DNA from: Halalkalibacterium halodurans
GTDB taxonomy: Bacteria; Bacillota; Bacilli; Bacillales; Bacillaceae_D
Length of the DNA: 32,000 nucleotides
Assembly: GCF_004376175.1 (NCBI RefSeq)
Contig: NZ_SNUY01000033.1
Span: forward strand, 1-32,000
Direction of reading: 5' to 3'
The first letter of the stretch is position 1, and the number at the start of each line of letters is the position of its first letter. Shown in pieces: positions 17,067-25,949 of this stretch. The notes under the pieces are model-generated. The model ran no database searches. It was given only the letters and a program-made list of their open reading frames with translations, and was not told the origin of the DNA. A program made the position numbers and the translations under genes.

Positions 17067-17154
17067 AAGCTTGGCTTTCCCCTAAGTCTTAATTTAGCAG
17101 CGCTCGGTTATCTTATATTTTTTTGCTAGAAAATAACGTTCTTACTCAAAACAA

Positions 17155-17182
17155 AAACAAGGAAGAAAAGCCTTCCTTGTTT
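17155..17182. terminator. bidirectional rho-independent terminator (khtU and the 119-aa gene)
   Basis: 11-bp perfect stem AAACAAGGAAG / CTTCCTTGTTT with a 6-nt loop. T-rich tails on both strands. It starts 3 nt after the khtU stop. Confidence 0.8.
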
Positions 17183-17184
17183 GT

Positions 17185-18351
17185 TTAGCTAGGAACTTGC
17201 CATTTTTGCTCTGTCTGCTTCGTCTTAAACAATCGTTTGGTAATAGCAGGGGCAGACTGAAACAAAACGATTCCAAGCATTGCGGAAGCAAGGATAAAAA
17301 TACTCCCAAACGCTTGAACTGTACCTGTTGCTAAGGCTGCAATAATAATGGAAAACTCGCCCCGCTGTGTCAAAGACAGCCCTGCACGTAGAGCTACTTT
17401 TTTTGATAGACCGTACAGTTTACCACCAACCATTCCAACAATAATTTTTCCAACAATGGACCAAACAAGCAAGGTTATTAATAATCCAATCATCGGAACC
17501 CCTTCAGAAAAGGAAATGGTTGTCCCGAAGTAGAGAAAAAAGATTGGGAGGGTTAAGTCACGAAGCGGGACAACGAGACCTTCCAGCTGGTGGGATCGCT
17601 TCACTTCTGCCAGCATAATTCCTGCTAAAAACGCACCCAACACTTCTGACAATTCTAAGTAAAGGGCAAACCCTCCATAGGCTATCGCCACCCCCACGAC
17701 AAAAAGAATAAACACATCACTGGATAAATGGCGATCAAAAAAAGGTCCCAACTTGCTAAATAAATATCTGCCTAACACAATAGCCACAATCGTCAAAAGA
17801 AAGACTTTACCCATTAACAATGCCAAAGCCCCACCAGTAATTTCTTCTCCTGCCGTTAGCCCGACTAAAACAGCTACAAGTACAGGAGCAACCAAATCTT
17901 CAAAAATCAGCAATCCGAGAATAAACTCTGATTCAGGGTTCGCCATCCGTTTAGAGCTTTCGAGCATTTTCGCTGTAATCGAAGAGCTAGTAGCATAAAC
18001 AACCCCACCAATAAGAAGAGATGAGATGAGATCCAGCCCGAAAAGTAGGCAAATTCCTGTTGCAATTCCGAAGTTCAAAACGACATCGATCGATCCTGCT
18101 GGAGTCACTTTTTTCGCAACCCCAACAAGTTGCTTTAAAGGAAATTCCATGCCGAGCATAAAAAATAACAGAACGATTCCTACTTCACCTACAAAGTGTA
18201 CCATGTGAGAATCTGTCAATAGTCCGCTGACAGCAATCCCGAGCAATATGTAAACGATCACCTCTGGTATTTTCCATTTTGCTCCTAGAAAACCTGTCAC
18301 AAACAAAAGTAAGAGTACGAGGCCAGCACCAAGTAATTCTGGAATATCCAA
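17185..18351 (-). CDS. khtU: K+/H+ antiporter, CPA2 family (KhtU/YhaU-like)
   Basis: 388-aa polytopic membrane protein with a Kef-type antiporter layout. TTG start behind GGGGAGG. Directly downstream of khtT, as in B. subtilis khtSTU. Confidence 0.88.
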   Translation of the reverse strand: MDIPELLGAGLVLLLLFVTGFLGAKWKIPEVIVYILLGIAVSGLLTDSHMVHFVGEVGIVLLFFMLGMEFPLKQLVGVAKKVTPAGSIDVVLNFGIATGICLLFGLDLISSLLIGGVVYATSSSITAKMLESSKRMANPESEFILGLLIFEDLVAPVLVAVLVGLTAGEEITGGALALLMGKVFLLTIVAIVLGRYLFSKLGPFFDRHLSSDVFILFVVGVAIAYGGFALYLELSEVLGAFLAGIMLAEVKRSHQLEGLVVPLRDLTLPIFFLYFGTTISFSEGVPMIGLLITLLVWSIVGKIIVGMVGGKLYGLSKKVALRAGLSLTQRGEFSIIIAALATGTVQAFGSIFILASAMLGIVLFQSAPAITKRLFKTKQTEQKWQVPS

Positions 18352-18356
18352 TAGAC

Positions 18357-18845
18357 TTACGCCTCCCCTTCACAGAGACGCTCGAACCGATCAATTTGTT
18401 CTTGTTTTCCTACTGCAATTAAAACATCCCCTTGATAAAGAACTTCGTCAACTTCTGGGCTCGCCTGTACCTCACCCTCTCGTACAATTCCAATAACTGA
18501 TACACCCGTTTTCTTACGAATGTTCGCCTCTCCTATCGTCTTATTGACAATGGGGGAATTCTTTTTCAATTCAATCCATTCCATCACCATTTTGTTTTTA
18601 ATCATCTTCATTTTGTCATTATCCACCGGCTGAAACACAGCCCCAAGTAACTGTGCCCCTAACTCTCGTGTTTCATCAGCTGTTAAATTGATGGCAAAAT
18701 CTGGTTCATCGTTGTCTTCATGGGCAAAAAAATAGAGCTCTCGCTTACCAGTATGATGAATAATGAGAACAATCATATTTCTTTGTGCTGTCATAAATGT
18801 CATTTTCTTACCGATTCCCGGTAAGTCAGCCATTTTCACTTCCAT
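18357..18845 (-). CDS. khtT: antiporter regulatory subunit KhtT (N-terminal domain plus RCK_C/TrkA-C)
   Basis: The DLPGIGKK N-terminus and the C-terminal RCK_C segment (IGEANIRKKTGVSVIGIVREGE...GDVLIAVG) are collinear with B. subtilis KhtT (YhaT) as I remember it. Confidence 0.85.
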   Translation of the reverse strand: MEVKMADLPGIGKKMTFMTAQRNMIVLIIHHTGKRELYFFAHEDNDEPDFAINLTADETRELGAQLLGAVFQPVDNDKMKMIKNKMVMEWIELKKNSPIVNKTIGEANIRKKTGVSVIGIVREGEVQASPEVDEVLYQGDVLIAVGKQEQIDRFERLCEGEA

Positions 18846-19011
18846 TCGTCACTACATCCTTTCTTTTTCCTAGATTACATTTTAACTACTCTACATCATT
18901 ATAGTATACAAGCGTAGAAGCGTGCATTTATTTGGAACGTAAAACAAGAATTCTATAGCACCTTCTTTTTCTCATCTTTTAGGAAGGCAATCTTTCTTAA
19001 AGTTGAACAAA

Positions 19012-19044
19012 AAAGAAAACCCACATGAACAGCGAGTTTTCTTT
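19012..19044 (-). terminator. weak AT-rich terminator after cheY
   Basis: AAAGAAAAC / GTTTTCTTT stem with a 15-nt loop, followed by TTTGTT on the minus strand. There are only two GC pairs. Confidence 0.35.
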
Positions 19045-19054
19045 AAGGTAGCTC

Positions 19055-19417
19055 TTATTTTCCTAGTACTTTGTTAATCGCTTCAATGACGCGATCTCCT
19101 TGAAATGGTTTAACGATGAAATCCTTCGCCCCTGATTGAATAGCGTCAATCACCATCGCCTGTTGTCCCATCGCCGAGCACATAATGACTTTCGCATCTG
19201 CATCATAAGCTTTAATTTCTTTCAATGCTTGAATGCCATCTTTTTCAGGCATCGTGATATCGAGTGTGACGAGGTCAGGTGAATGCTCTTTATATAATTG
19301 AACGGCTTCTTCTCCGTTCGCTGCCTCTCCTACGACCTCAAAATCGTTTTTCGTTAAAATGTCTTTAATCATCATTCTCATAAATGCCGCATCATCCACG
19401 ACTAATACGGTTGCCAT
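19055..19417 (-). CDS. cheY: chemotaxis response regulator CheY
   Basis: 120 aa. Almost collinear with B. subtilis CheY (VDDAAFMRMMIKDIL, SPDLVTLDITMPE, CSAMGQQAMVIDAIQSGAKDFIVKPFQ). Confidence 0.96.
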   Translation of the reverse strand: MATVLVVDDAAFMRMMIKDILTKNDFEVVGEAANGEEAVQLYKEHSPDLVTLDITMPEKDGIQALKEIKAYDADAKVIMCSAMGQQAMVIDAIQSGAKDFIVKPFQGDRVIEAINKVLGK

Positions 19418-19440
19418 GTTTATCTACCTATCCTTTCATT

Positions 19441-19908
19441 CTACGTTGAGAGTTGTCCCTTTTTCCGTTGGATTACTTTTTCTAAGTTTAACAAAGTGAA
19501 TAAACGATCTTCTTCTTTTACAACACCTCGTAAGTAATCTTCCTGTACACCACCAACCACTTCAGGAGTCGGCTCGATTTTTTCAGCAGGAACGTCGACG
19601 ACATCATTAGCTCCATCTACAACAAAGCCAATTTCAACCCCATCATCGGCAATAACAAGTATCCGAGTGGAATCATCGTGCGCCTTTGCTGGTAATCCGA
19701 AGCGGGCTCGTAAATTAATGACTGGTGTAATCACCCCGCGGAGGTTCATGACACCTATAACATATGAAGGGGTTCCTGGGATTCGCGTCACTGGTTGCAT
19801 CCGCTCAATGGACTGAATATAGTCCACTTCAATCGCATACTCTTCATCCCCTAATTGAAAAACAATAAGCTTTAAATCGTTTTTTGTTGCCATTTCGCTG
19901 GACACCAT
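19441..19908 (-). CDS. cheW: chemotaxis coupling protein CheW
   Basis: 155-aa single CheW domain (VFQLGDEEYAIEV...VMNLRGVITPVINLR). Confidence 0.94.
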   Translation of the reverse strand: MVSSEMATKNDLKLIVFQLGDEEYAIEVDYIQSIERMQPVTRIPGTPSYVIGVMNLRGVITPVINLRARFGLPAKAHDDSTRILVIADDGVEIGFVVDGANDVVDVPAEKIEPTPEVVGGVQEDYLRGVVKEEDRLFTLLNLEKVIQRKKGQLST

Positions 19909-19923
19909 TTAACTCCCTCCTTG

Positions 19924-21972
19924 CTATTTGATAAGCGCATTTGTATCCACGATGAGTGCCACTTGGCCATTTCCAAGAATCGTTGCACCAGAGATTGCAA
20001 AAACATCAGTCAAGTAATCCCCAAGTGATTTAAGAACGATATCGTGTTGGCCAATTAATGAATCAACAACAAGTCCAGCAACCTTCTCCCCTTTATGTAC
20101 GATCACAAGGGAATAGAGTTCATCAGCCTCACGTTTTTCTGGAACAGCAAAAATGTCCGAGAGGAAGACAAGTGGAACGACTTTCCCTCTAAAGTCAATC
20201 ACCTTTTGGTTGTGGGCACTATACACTTCATTTTTGTTCACAATGGCAGTCTCCACAATCGAGGAAAGTGGAATCGCATATTTCTCATCCGCAACCTCGA
20301 CGAGCATCACATCAATGATGGACAAAGTGAGCGGCAATTGAATAGAGAAAAGAGAGCCTTTTCCGAGTTTTGAGGTGACACTCACAACCCCTCCAATCGA
20401 TTCAAATGTGCTTTGCACAACATCAAGCCCTACGCCTCGACCAGAAATGTCTGTAATTTTTTCAGCCGTGCTAAAACCTGGAGCAAATAATAGCTGGAAC
20501 ACTTGGGAATCGTTCATTTTGGCGGCGTCCTCTTCTGTTACGACACCGTTTGTCAGCGCCTTTTGTAGCACTTTATCACGATCGATGCCGGCTCCGTCAT
20601 CCTCGATTTCAATAAATACATTGTTCCCACTATGGAATGCTCGGAGAATGACCGTCCCTTCCTCAGGCTTTCCTGCCGCACGCCGAACCTCAGGTGTTTC
20701 AATGCCGTGATCAATTGAATTTCGAATGAGATGGACGAGGGGATCACCAATTTCATCAATAATTGTTCGGTCCAACTCTGTCTCTGCGCCAACAATTTCT
20801 AAGTTTACTTTCTTGTTCAATTCTTTCGACAAGCTACGAACCATCCGCGGGAAGCGATTGAACACTTGCTCCACTGGCATCATTCTCATATTTAAAATGA
20901 TTTCTTGCAAATCACCAGAAATTCTGGACATTCGCTCCACTGTTTCATTCAATTCATTTTGATTAAGTTCGCTCGCGATTTGCTCTAACCGCCCCCGATC
21001 GATGACTAGTTCTTCAAACAAGTTCATCAATACATCAAGCCGCTCAATATTGACCCGAACCGTTTTATTTACTTCCACGCCTTTTTTATCAGAAGGAGTC
21101 GTAGTTGCCGTTTTTTTCTCCGTCTGTTCTTCCGCTTTTTCAACGTCTACCTGCTTGTCCGATTGGGTGTGTTGCGTTTCTTTTAATGCTTGTAAGGCCT
21201 GTTTGTCGAGAGAGCAAATGTCGACAGCCGTAATTTCTGATACTTTTAAAATTCGCTGCCTCACTTCCTCGCCGTCCACTTTCGTAAGTAACGTTACTAG
21301 AAAGCGCTCATCAAATTTTTCCTCTTCTAGCTCTTCCGCAGAAGGTGTAGATTTGATCACTTCCCCCACTTGCTCAAGAACTTCAAACACCATAAATACT
21401 CGTGCTGCTTTAAGCAGCGTTTTCTCATCAAGAGTCACTTCAATTTGATAGGCTTGATACCCTTGTTCGAACGATTGATCCAAAACCGTCATTTCGAATT
21501 CATCGTACGACTCAATGATGGAACTACCTGAAAGCTCTAGTTGACCGGCAGCAGGACTCGGTGTGTGCACAGCTTTTCCAGCATCAGGAGTTTCCCCCTT
21601 CTCAATCTGCTCAAGCATCACGACGACTTTTGTAACATCTCGCTTTCCGTCTCCACCTGAAGCGATGTCACCAACCATCGCTTCTAAGTCGTCGACAGCC
21701 TCAAATACCACATCAAGTACTTCTGAGGTTGCGTCTAACTTTTGATTTCGAATTAGATCGAGGACATTTTCCATGTTGTGTGTCAAGTGGGCTAAATCCT
21801 CAAAGCCCATCGTAGCAGCCATTCCTTTTAACGTATGAGCCGAACGAAAAATTTCCCCGACAATTGAAAGATCGCTAGGTGAAACTTCCAACTTCAATAA
21901 ATTGTCATTGATTGCCTGTAAATGCTCCTGACTTTCATCAATAAATACTTCTAAATATTCAGAGTGACTCAA
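19924..21972 (-). CDS. cheA: chemotaxis histidine kinase CheA (P1-P5)
   Basis: HPt site HTLKGMAATMGF. Dimerisation domain. HATPase motifs (DDGAGID, GRGVGLD). C-terminal CheW-like P5. TTG start behind GAGGTG. Confidence 0.96.
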   Translation of the reverse strand: MSHSEYLEVFIDESQEHLQAINDNLLKLEVSPSDLSIVGEIFRSAHTLKGMAATMGFEDLAHLTHNMENVLDLIRNQKLDATSEVLDVVFEAVDDLEAMVGDIASGGDGKRDVTKVVVMLEQIEKGETPDAGKAVHTPSPAAGQLELSGSSIIESYDEFEMTVLDQSFEQGYQAYQIEVTLDEKTLLKAARVFMVFEVLEQVGEVIKSTPSAEELEEEKFDERFLVTLLTKVDGEEVRQRILKVSEITAVDICSLDKQALQALKETQHTQSDKQVDVEKAEEQTEKKTATTTPSDKKGVEVNKTVRVNIERLDVLMNLFEELVIDRGRLEQIASELNQNELNETVERMSRISGDLQEIILNMRMMPVEQVFNRFPRMVRSLSKELNKKVNLEIVGAETELDRTIIDEIGDPLVHLIRNSIDHGIETPEVRRAAGKPEEGTVILRAFHSGNNVFIEIEDDGAGIDRDKVLQKALTNGVVTEEDAAKMNDSQVFQLLFAPGFSTAEKITDISGRGVGLDVVQSTFESIGGVVSVTSKLGKGSLFSIQLPLTLSIIDVMLVEVADEKYAIPLSSIVETAIVNKNEVYSAHNQKVIDFRGKVVPLVFLSDIFAVPEKREADELYSLVIVHKGEKVAGLVVDSLIGQHDIVLKSLGDYLTDVFAISGATILGNGQVALIVDTNALIK

Positions 21973-22025
21973 GATTTTTCACCTCGATACGTATAGTCCT
22001 AGAAGACATAATACCATTTTACTAG

Positions 22026-22033
22026 ATTATACA
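22026..22033 (-). promoter_or_regulatory. extended -10 element upstream of cheA
   Basis: The minus strand reads TGTATAAT (TGnTATAAT type) about 50 nt upstream of the cheA start. There is no good -35, and I found no sigma-D type TAAA-N15-GCCGATAT. Confidence 0.35.
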
Positions 22034-22131
22034 TGAAACTTCTTTTATATTACCATAAATTTTGCGATTTCGAACGGTCACTCTCCATAAAAATAAGAAA
22101 AATAACCTAGGATCTTTGGCATTGTCTTATT

Positions 22132-23763
22132 TTAGCTCAATAAATATTTTTTAAATTCAGAAAAGGTTAACGGCTTCGCATGATAATAGCCTTGGACAGT
22201 GTCACACTTTTTCTCCTTCAAAAAAGAAAGCTGTTTTTCCGTTTCAACACCTTCCGCAACGACAGTTAAATCGAGCTCATGACCTAGGTGAATGATCATT
22301 GAAATGATGGCTTCCACTTGAGAGTTCACGCCAATCTCTGCAATAAAGGATTTATCAATCTTTAACTTTTGAATAGGTAACTGGCTTATATATTGAAGCG
22401 AGCTATACCCTGTACCAAAGTCATCGAGGCTTACTCGGATCCCTTGTGCCCTTAATTTTTGGAGTACTTTCATCGCACGATTCATATCTATTGTAATTCG
22501 CTCAGTGACTTCGACCTCTAACAAAGAGGGGTCTAAACCATATTTGTTTAAGCTATCTAAAATCATATCGACAATGTCTGGTTGTAAAAACTGCCTTAAA
22601 GAAAGATTGACTGACATTGGGACCGAACTAGCTTCTTTTTCAATAAGGAGCGCCTTTTGCTTACAAGCCTCATCCAACACCCACTTGCCGACAACTCCAA
22701 TCAAACCAATTTCTTCAGCTACTGGGATAAAGAAATTTGGCCCTAACACTCCTAGAGCTGGATGATTCCAACGGACCAACACTTCTTCGCCACAATGCTC
22801 TCCCGTTGTCGTTTCAAAGATTGGTTGAAAGTAAAGCTCAAGCTCCTGATTTTCAACAGCTCGACGCAAATCATTTTCTAGCCGAAAAGGATGAATCCAT
22901 TCGTCTTTCAACTCTTGGCAAAACCAGGAGACACAATTACCGCCTCGCGCTTTAGCATGTCGCAATGCGCGTTCTAATGAATTCCAGATCATCTCTACAC
23001 TTTTTCCATCCATTGGATAAACCGCTGCCCCGATGCTGGCGGTCATCGTAAACTGCACTTCATCCACTTGAAATGGCTGCTGAATGATAGAGGAAATATA
23101 AGTTGCCAACGTTTCCTTTTTTGGCAGCTCCCCTTTGATCGCAGCACAGGCAATAAATTCATCTCCACTCACCCGTGCGATCCATTGCTGATTCGGTAGT
23201 TGCCAAAGCAACCTCCTAACGAGTGTTTGCAACACTTGATCACCATAACCTTCCCCTAACGAATCATTGACGAGCTTAAAACGGTCCAAATTAATAAGGA
23301 AAAGCACATACGTCTCTGCCTGATTTTCCTGAAAGGTACGTTCCATTAGGCGTGGAACTTCTTGACGAATCGGCACCCCTGTTAACGGATCCATCCCCTT
23401 GTCGATCAAAGGAGCAATGAACGCAATCACCTGCTTGTCAGGAAGAAGCTGCAAAGAGAGGCAAAAGGTTTCAAAGGTTTCTCCATTTCGTTTAATGAGT
23501 TCGACTTTCTCCACCTGCGATATTTTATTGACGGTAGCCAATGCTAAATAAAGAGATTCTCGACACTCTGATTCAAACAGTTGAAACACACTGCTTCTCT
23601 GATTTTGCTCCCAGTCAACACGAAGGGTTTCCATCGCACCTTCATTCATATTTAATAAGGCTCCCTCTTCATCCATCGTAAACATCGGTAACGGGACGTG
23701 GGCATATAAAATCGACTCTAGGTCTTTATGGAATGGTCTTGATTCGTTGGATTGGTTAGGCAT
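22132..23763 (-). CDS. PAS-GGDEF-EAL c-di-GMP signalling protein (SGDEF variant cyclase site, intact EAL-type phosphodiesterase residues)
   Basis: N-terminal PAS-like region. GGDEF domain with RVSGDEFI. EAL domain with EVLVRW, DDFGTGYSSL, KIDKSF, EGVET and QGYY. Confidence 0.92.
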   Translation of the reverse strand: MPNQSNESRPFHKDLESILYAHVPLPMFTMDEEGALLNMNEGAMETLRVDWEQNQRSSVFQLFESECRESLYLALATVNKISQVEKVELIKRNGETFETFCLSLQLLPDKQVIAFIAPLIDKGMDPLTGVPIRQEVPRLMERTFQENQAETYVLFLINLDRFKLVNDSLGEGYGDQVLQTLVRRLLWQLPNQQWIARVSGDEFIACAAIKGELPKKETLATYISSIIQQPFQVDEVQFTMTASIGAAVYPMDGKSVEMIWNSLERALRHAKARGGNCVSWFCQELKDEWIHPFRLENDLRRAVENQELELYFQPIFETTTGEHCGEEVLVRWNHPALGVLGPNFFIPVAEEIGLIGVVGKWVLDEACKQKALLIEKEASSVPMSVNLSLRQFLQPDIVDMILDSLNKYGLDPSLLEVEVTERITIDMNRAMKVLQKLRAQGIRVSLDDFGTGYSSLQYISQLPIQKLKIDKSFIAEIGVNSQVEAIISMIIHLGHELDLTVVAEGVETEKQLSFLKEKKCDTVQGYYHAKPLTFSEFKKYLLS

Positions 23764-23801
23764 ACGTGCATCCCCTATCGTATGTATTGGTTTCTAAAGC
23801 T

Positions 23802-24632
23802 CTAGTTTTTGAACAATTCAACAACTGAACGAATGACAGTTAAATGGTCATGAGCAACTTCTGACGCTCTTTGGGGATGGATGTAAATGCCTTGCATGCC
23901 TAGTGTTAACGCTTGAGCGATCTCATTCATAAAATTATCCCCAACAGAGACAACTTGACTCATGTCCACTTCATACTGATGCACCACCTCTTTAAATATA
24001 TCGGTCGTTCGCGTCGGTTTTTTTGCTGATGTTATAATATGGTTAAATACATCATGTAAATGAAGCTCATGTAGCAAGCGCTGAACATCTTCTCGGTCAC
24101 TGTTCGTCACAAGGACGATTTCTTTTGTCGCCTTTAATTCAATCAATCCTTCACGCAAACCAGGAAGAGGAGTTAACTCAAACTCATCCGTCACCATATA
24201 TTCTTTTGTCGCAACATAGCTTGCATAACAATCTTCGACACCATAATGCTTTGCTGTGACAAATGGATACCACCAGCCATCACCAACTGCAATGATGGTT
24301 TCAAAATCAAATGAAACAGGATCAGAATAAAGCGTCTCCCATTCTTCAGCTGGTACGTATGAGCCATCCCATGTTTGAACTGATTGGACAGAGATCGTCA
24401 TTGGGTCAATCGTCAAAATATAATCACGTTTCACATCATATCCTTTTCCGATTTGAACAGGATGATGCCCATCTTTCATCGCCGTATAATCGCGCCAAAA
24501 ATCTAACTGCTGGCTCTGCGGGACGTTTTGCTTTAAGTGGTTCGCATAATAATCAAAATGGTCTGTTCCTTCATATAATGTGCCATCCAAATCAAAAATG
24601 ACAAGCTTACTTGACTTCAACACTGGATTCAT
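23802..24632 (-). CDS. HAD-superfamily hydrolase with a large cap insertion
   Basis: Motif I FDLDGTL, motif II VLVTNS, motif IV SVGDNFMNE. Only 38 nt upstream of the GGDEF-EAL gene on the same strand. Confidence 0.82.
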   Translation of the reverse strand: MNPVLKSSKLVIFDLDGTLYEGTDHFDYYANHLKQNVPQSQQLDFWRDYTAMKDGHHPVQIGKGYDVKRDYILTIDPMTISVQSVQTWDGSYVPAEEWETLYSDPVSFDFETIIAVGDGWWYPFVTAKHYGVEDCYASYVATKEYMVTDEFELTPLPGLREGLIELKATKEIVLVTNSDREDVQRLLHELHLHDVFNHIITSAKKPTRTTDIFKEVVHQYEVDMSQVVSVGDNFMNEIAQALTLGMQGIYIHPQRASEVAHDHLTVIRSVVELFKN

Positions 24633-24752
24633 ATCTTTTGTTCCCTCACTTCATCTAAAAGTTCCTTATTAAGATCACTATAAGTTTTTACGACAAATCA
24701 AGCAAATAACTTTATCAAAAAAACGAATTTACGAATTACTTTATTAAAATAA

Positions 24753-24803
24753 TGTAAAGTTAACATGTGAAAACGATGAACTTTGTGAATTCCGTAAAGT
24801 TAC
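24753..24803 (+). repeat. direct repeat GTAAAGTTA(A)CA x2 in the phnD control region
   Basis: GTAAAGTTAACA at 24753-24764 and GTAAAGTTACA at 24793-24803, 40 bp apart. Inverted AACTTT cores occur at 24778-24783 and 24853-24858. A TATAAT -10 lies at 24835-24840. Confidence 0.35.
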
Positions 24804-24889
24804 AAAATTCGCTAGCAATCTATTACACAATCTTATATAATTCAACTGTAACAAACTTTAAAAATACATAAAAAAAGGGGTTTTACAAA

Positions 24890-25831
24890 ATGAAAAAAAT
24901 GCTTTACTTTTTGGGAGTAAGCATGCTTGTTTTTGTCCTTGCTGCATGTGGAACTTCTGACGACGGCGACACAGCAGGATCTGGAGAGGCAGATGGCGCC
25001 GATGAAGCTGGTGAAATGCCGTCAGAGCTTATTATGGGATTTGTTCCATCCAGCGAATCTGATCAAATTGCCGATACTGTAGAGCCACTTGCTGAGCGTC
25101 TTTCTGAAGAGCTCGGTATTCCAGTTAGTGGACAAGTCATGACAAATTACACTGGCCTTGTTGAAGCCATGGGCAACGATCAAGTACACATTGGTTTCAT
25201 TCCTGCATTCGGTTATGTCCTTGCAACCGATCGCTATCCTCAAGTCGAAGTCATCCTCAAGTCTGTCCGTAACGGCAGCGGTACATACCGTGCACAATAT
25301 ACCGTTCTTGCAGATTCCGATATTGAATCGATCGAAGACCTTGAAGGAAAAGTTTGGGTGTATAGTGACCTTGCATCAACGTCAGGATACTTATTCCCTG
25401 CCGCTCAATTAGTGACAGAATACGATGTCCCTGCTGATGGAATTGATTCATTTTTCGGTAATCAAATTCAAGCGGGTAGCCATGACAATGCCCTCATCAC
25501 TGTTTTAGAAGGCGGTGCTGATGTGGCGACAACGTTTGAAGACGCCCGTGAAATCATCGAAGGCGACTATCCTGAAGCGATGGAAGATCTTCGTGTTATC
25601 GGATATACAGAAGAAATTCCAAACGACACTATTTCTGTTCTGAATACACTTCCTCAAGAGTTAATCGACCAAATTCGTGACGTATTCCTTTCATTCAATG
25701 AAGATGAAGACATGATCAAGATTTTGAATGACGTTTATCGTTGGGATGCTATTGAAGAAGCATCTGATGATGAATACGATATCGTTCGCGAAACGTATGA
25801 GCTATTCTCTGACCAAGTGTCATTAGATTAA
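24890..25831 (+). CDS. phnD: phosphonate/phosphite ABC transporter substrate-binding lipoprotein
   Basis: Signal peptide with lipobox LAAC followed by an acidic linker. PhnD-type fold, with phnC and phnE genes downstream. Confidence 0.88.
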   Translation: MKKMLYFLGVSMLVFVLAACGTSDDGDTAGSGEADGADEAGEMPSELIMGFVPSSESDQIADTVEPLAERLSEELGIPVSGQVMTNYTGLVEAMGNDQVHIGFIPAFGYVLATDRYPQVEVILKSVRNGSGTYRAQYTVLADSDIESIEDLEGKVWVYSDLASTSGYLFPAAQLVTEYDVPADGIDSFFGNQIQAGSHDNALITVLEGGADVATTFEDAREIIEGDYPEAMEDLRVIGYTEEIPNDTISVLNTLPQELIDQIRDVFLSFNEDEDMIKILNDVYRWDAIEEASDDEYDIVRETYELFSDQVSLD

Positions 25832-25864
25832 CGATCCAGCTCAAAGCTGCTTTTTAGACAAAGA

Positions 25865-25897
25865 AGAAGGGGAGTGGGTACCTCCCCTTCTCTTTTG
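25865..25897 (+). terminator. strong intra-operon hairpin/terminator between phnD and phnC
   Basis: 10-bp stem AGAAGGGGAG / CTCCCCTTCT with a 7-nt loop, followed by CTTTTGT. Confidence 0.7.
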
Positions 25898-25949
25898 TAT
25901 GTAGGCGTTTGTCACTTTACTAGCATTTATGAAATGAGGGAAATGTCCG

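Noticed and set aside
18846-19054. A possible c-di-AMP (ydaO-type) riboswitch in the khtT leader. Similarly, a cobalamin riboswitch ahead of the radical SAM gene (4367-4454) or the mutase operon (14509-14560).
   Set aside because: The leaders are too short (roughly 45-90 nt after the likely promoters) and show none of the conserved pseudoknot or B12-box sequences.
23802-24632. The HAD hydrolase next to the phn transporter as phosphonoacetaldehyde hydrolase (PhnX).
   Set aside because: Motif I is DLDGT rather than the DWAGT-type of PhnX. The rest of the sequence is not collinear with PhnX as I remember it. The gene is divergent from the phn genes and tightly linked to the GGDEF-EAL gene instead.
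24759-24827. Canonical PhoP boxes (tandem TT[ATC]ACA repeats) upstream of phnD.
   Set aside because: Hexamers TTAACA, TTACAA and TTACAC are present, but they are spaced 40 and 23 bp apart rather than in 11-bp tandem pairs. I report the repeat only as an unassigned motif.
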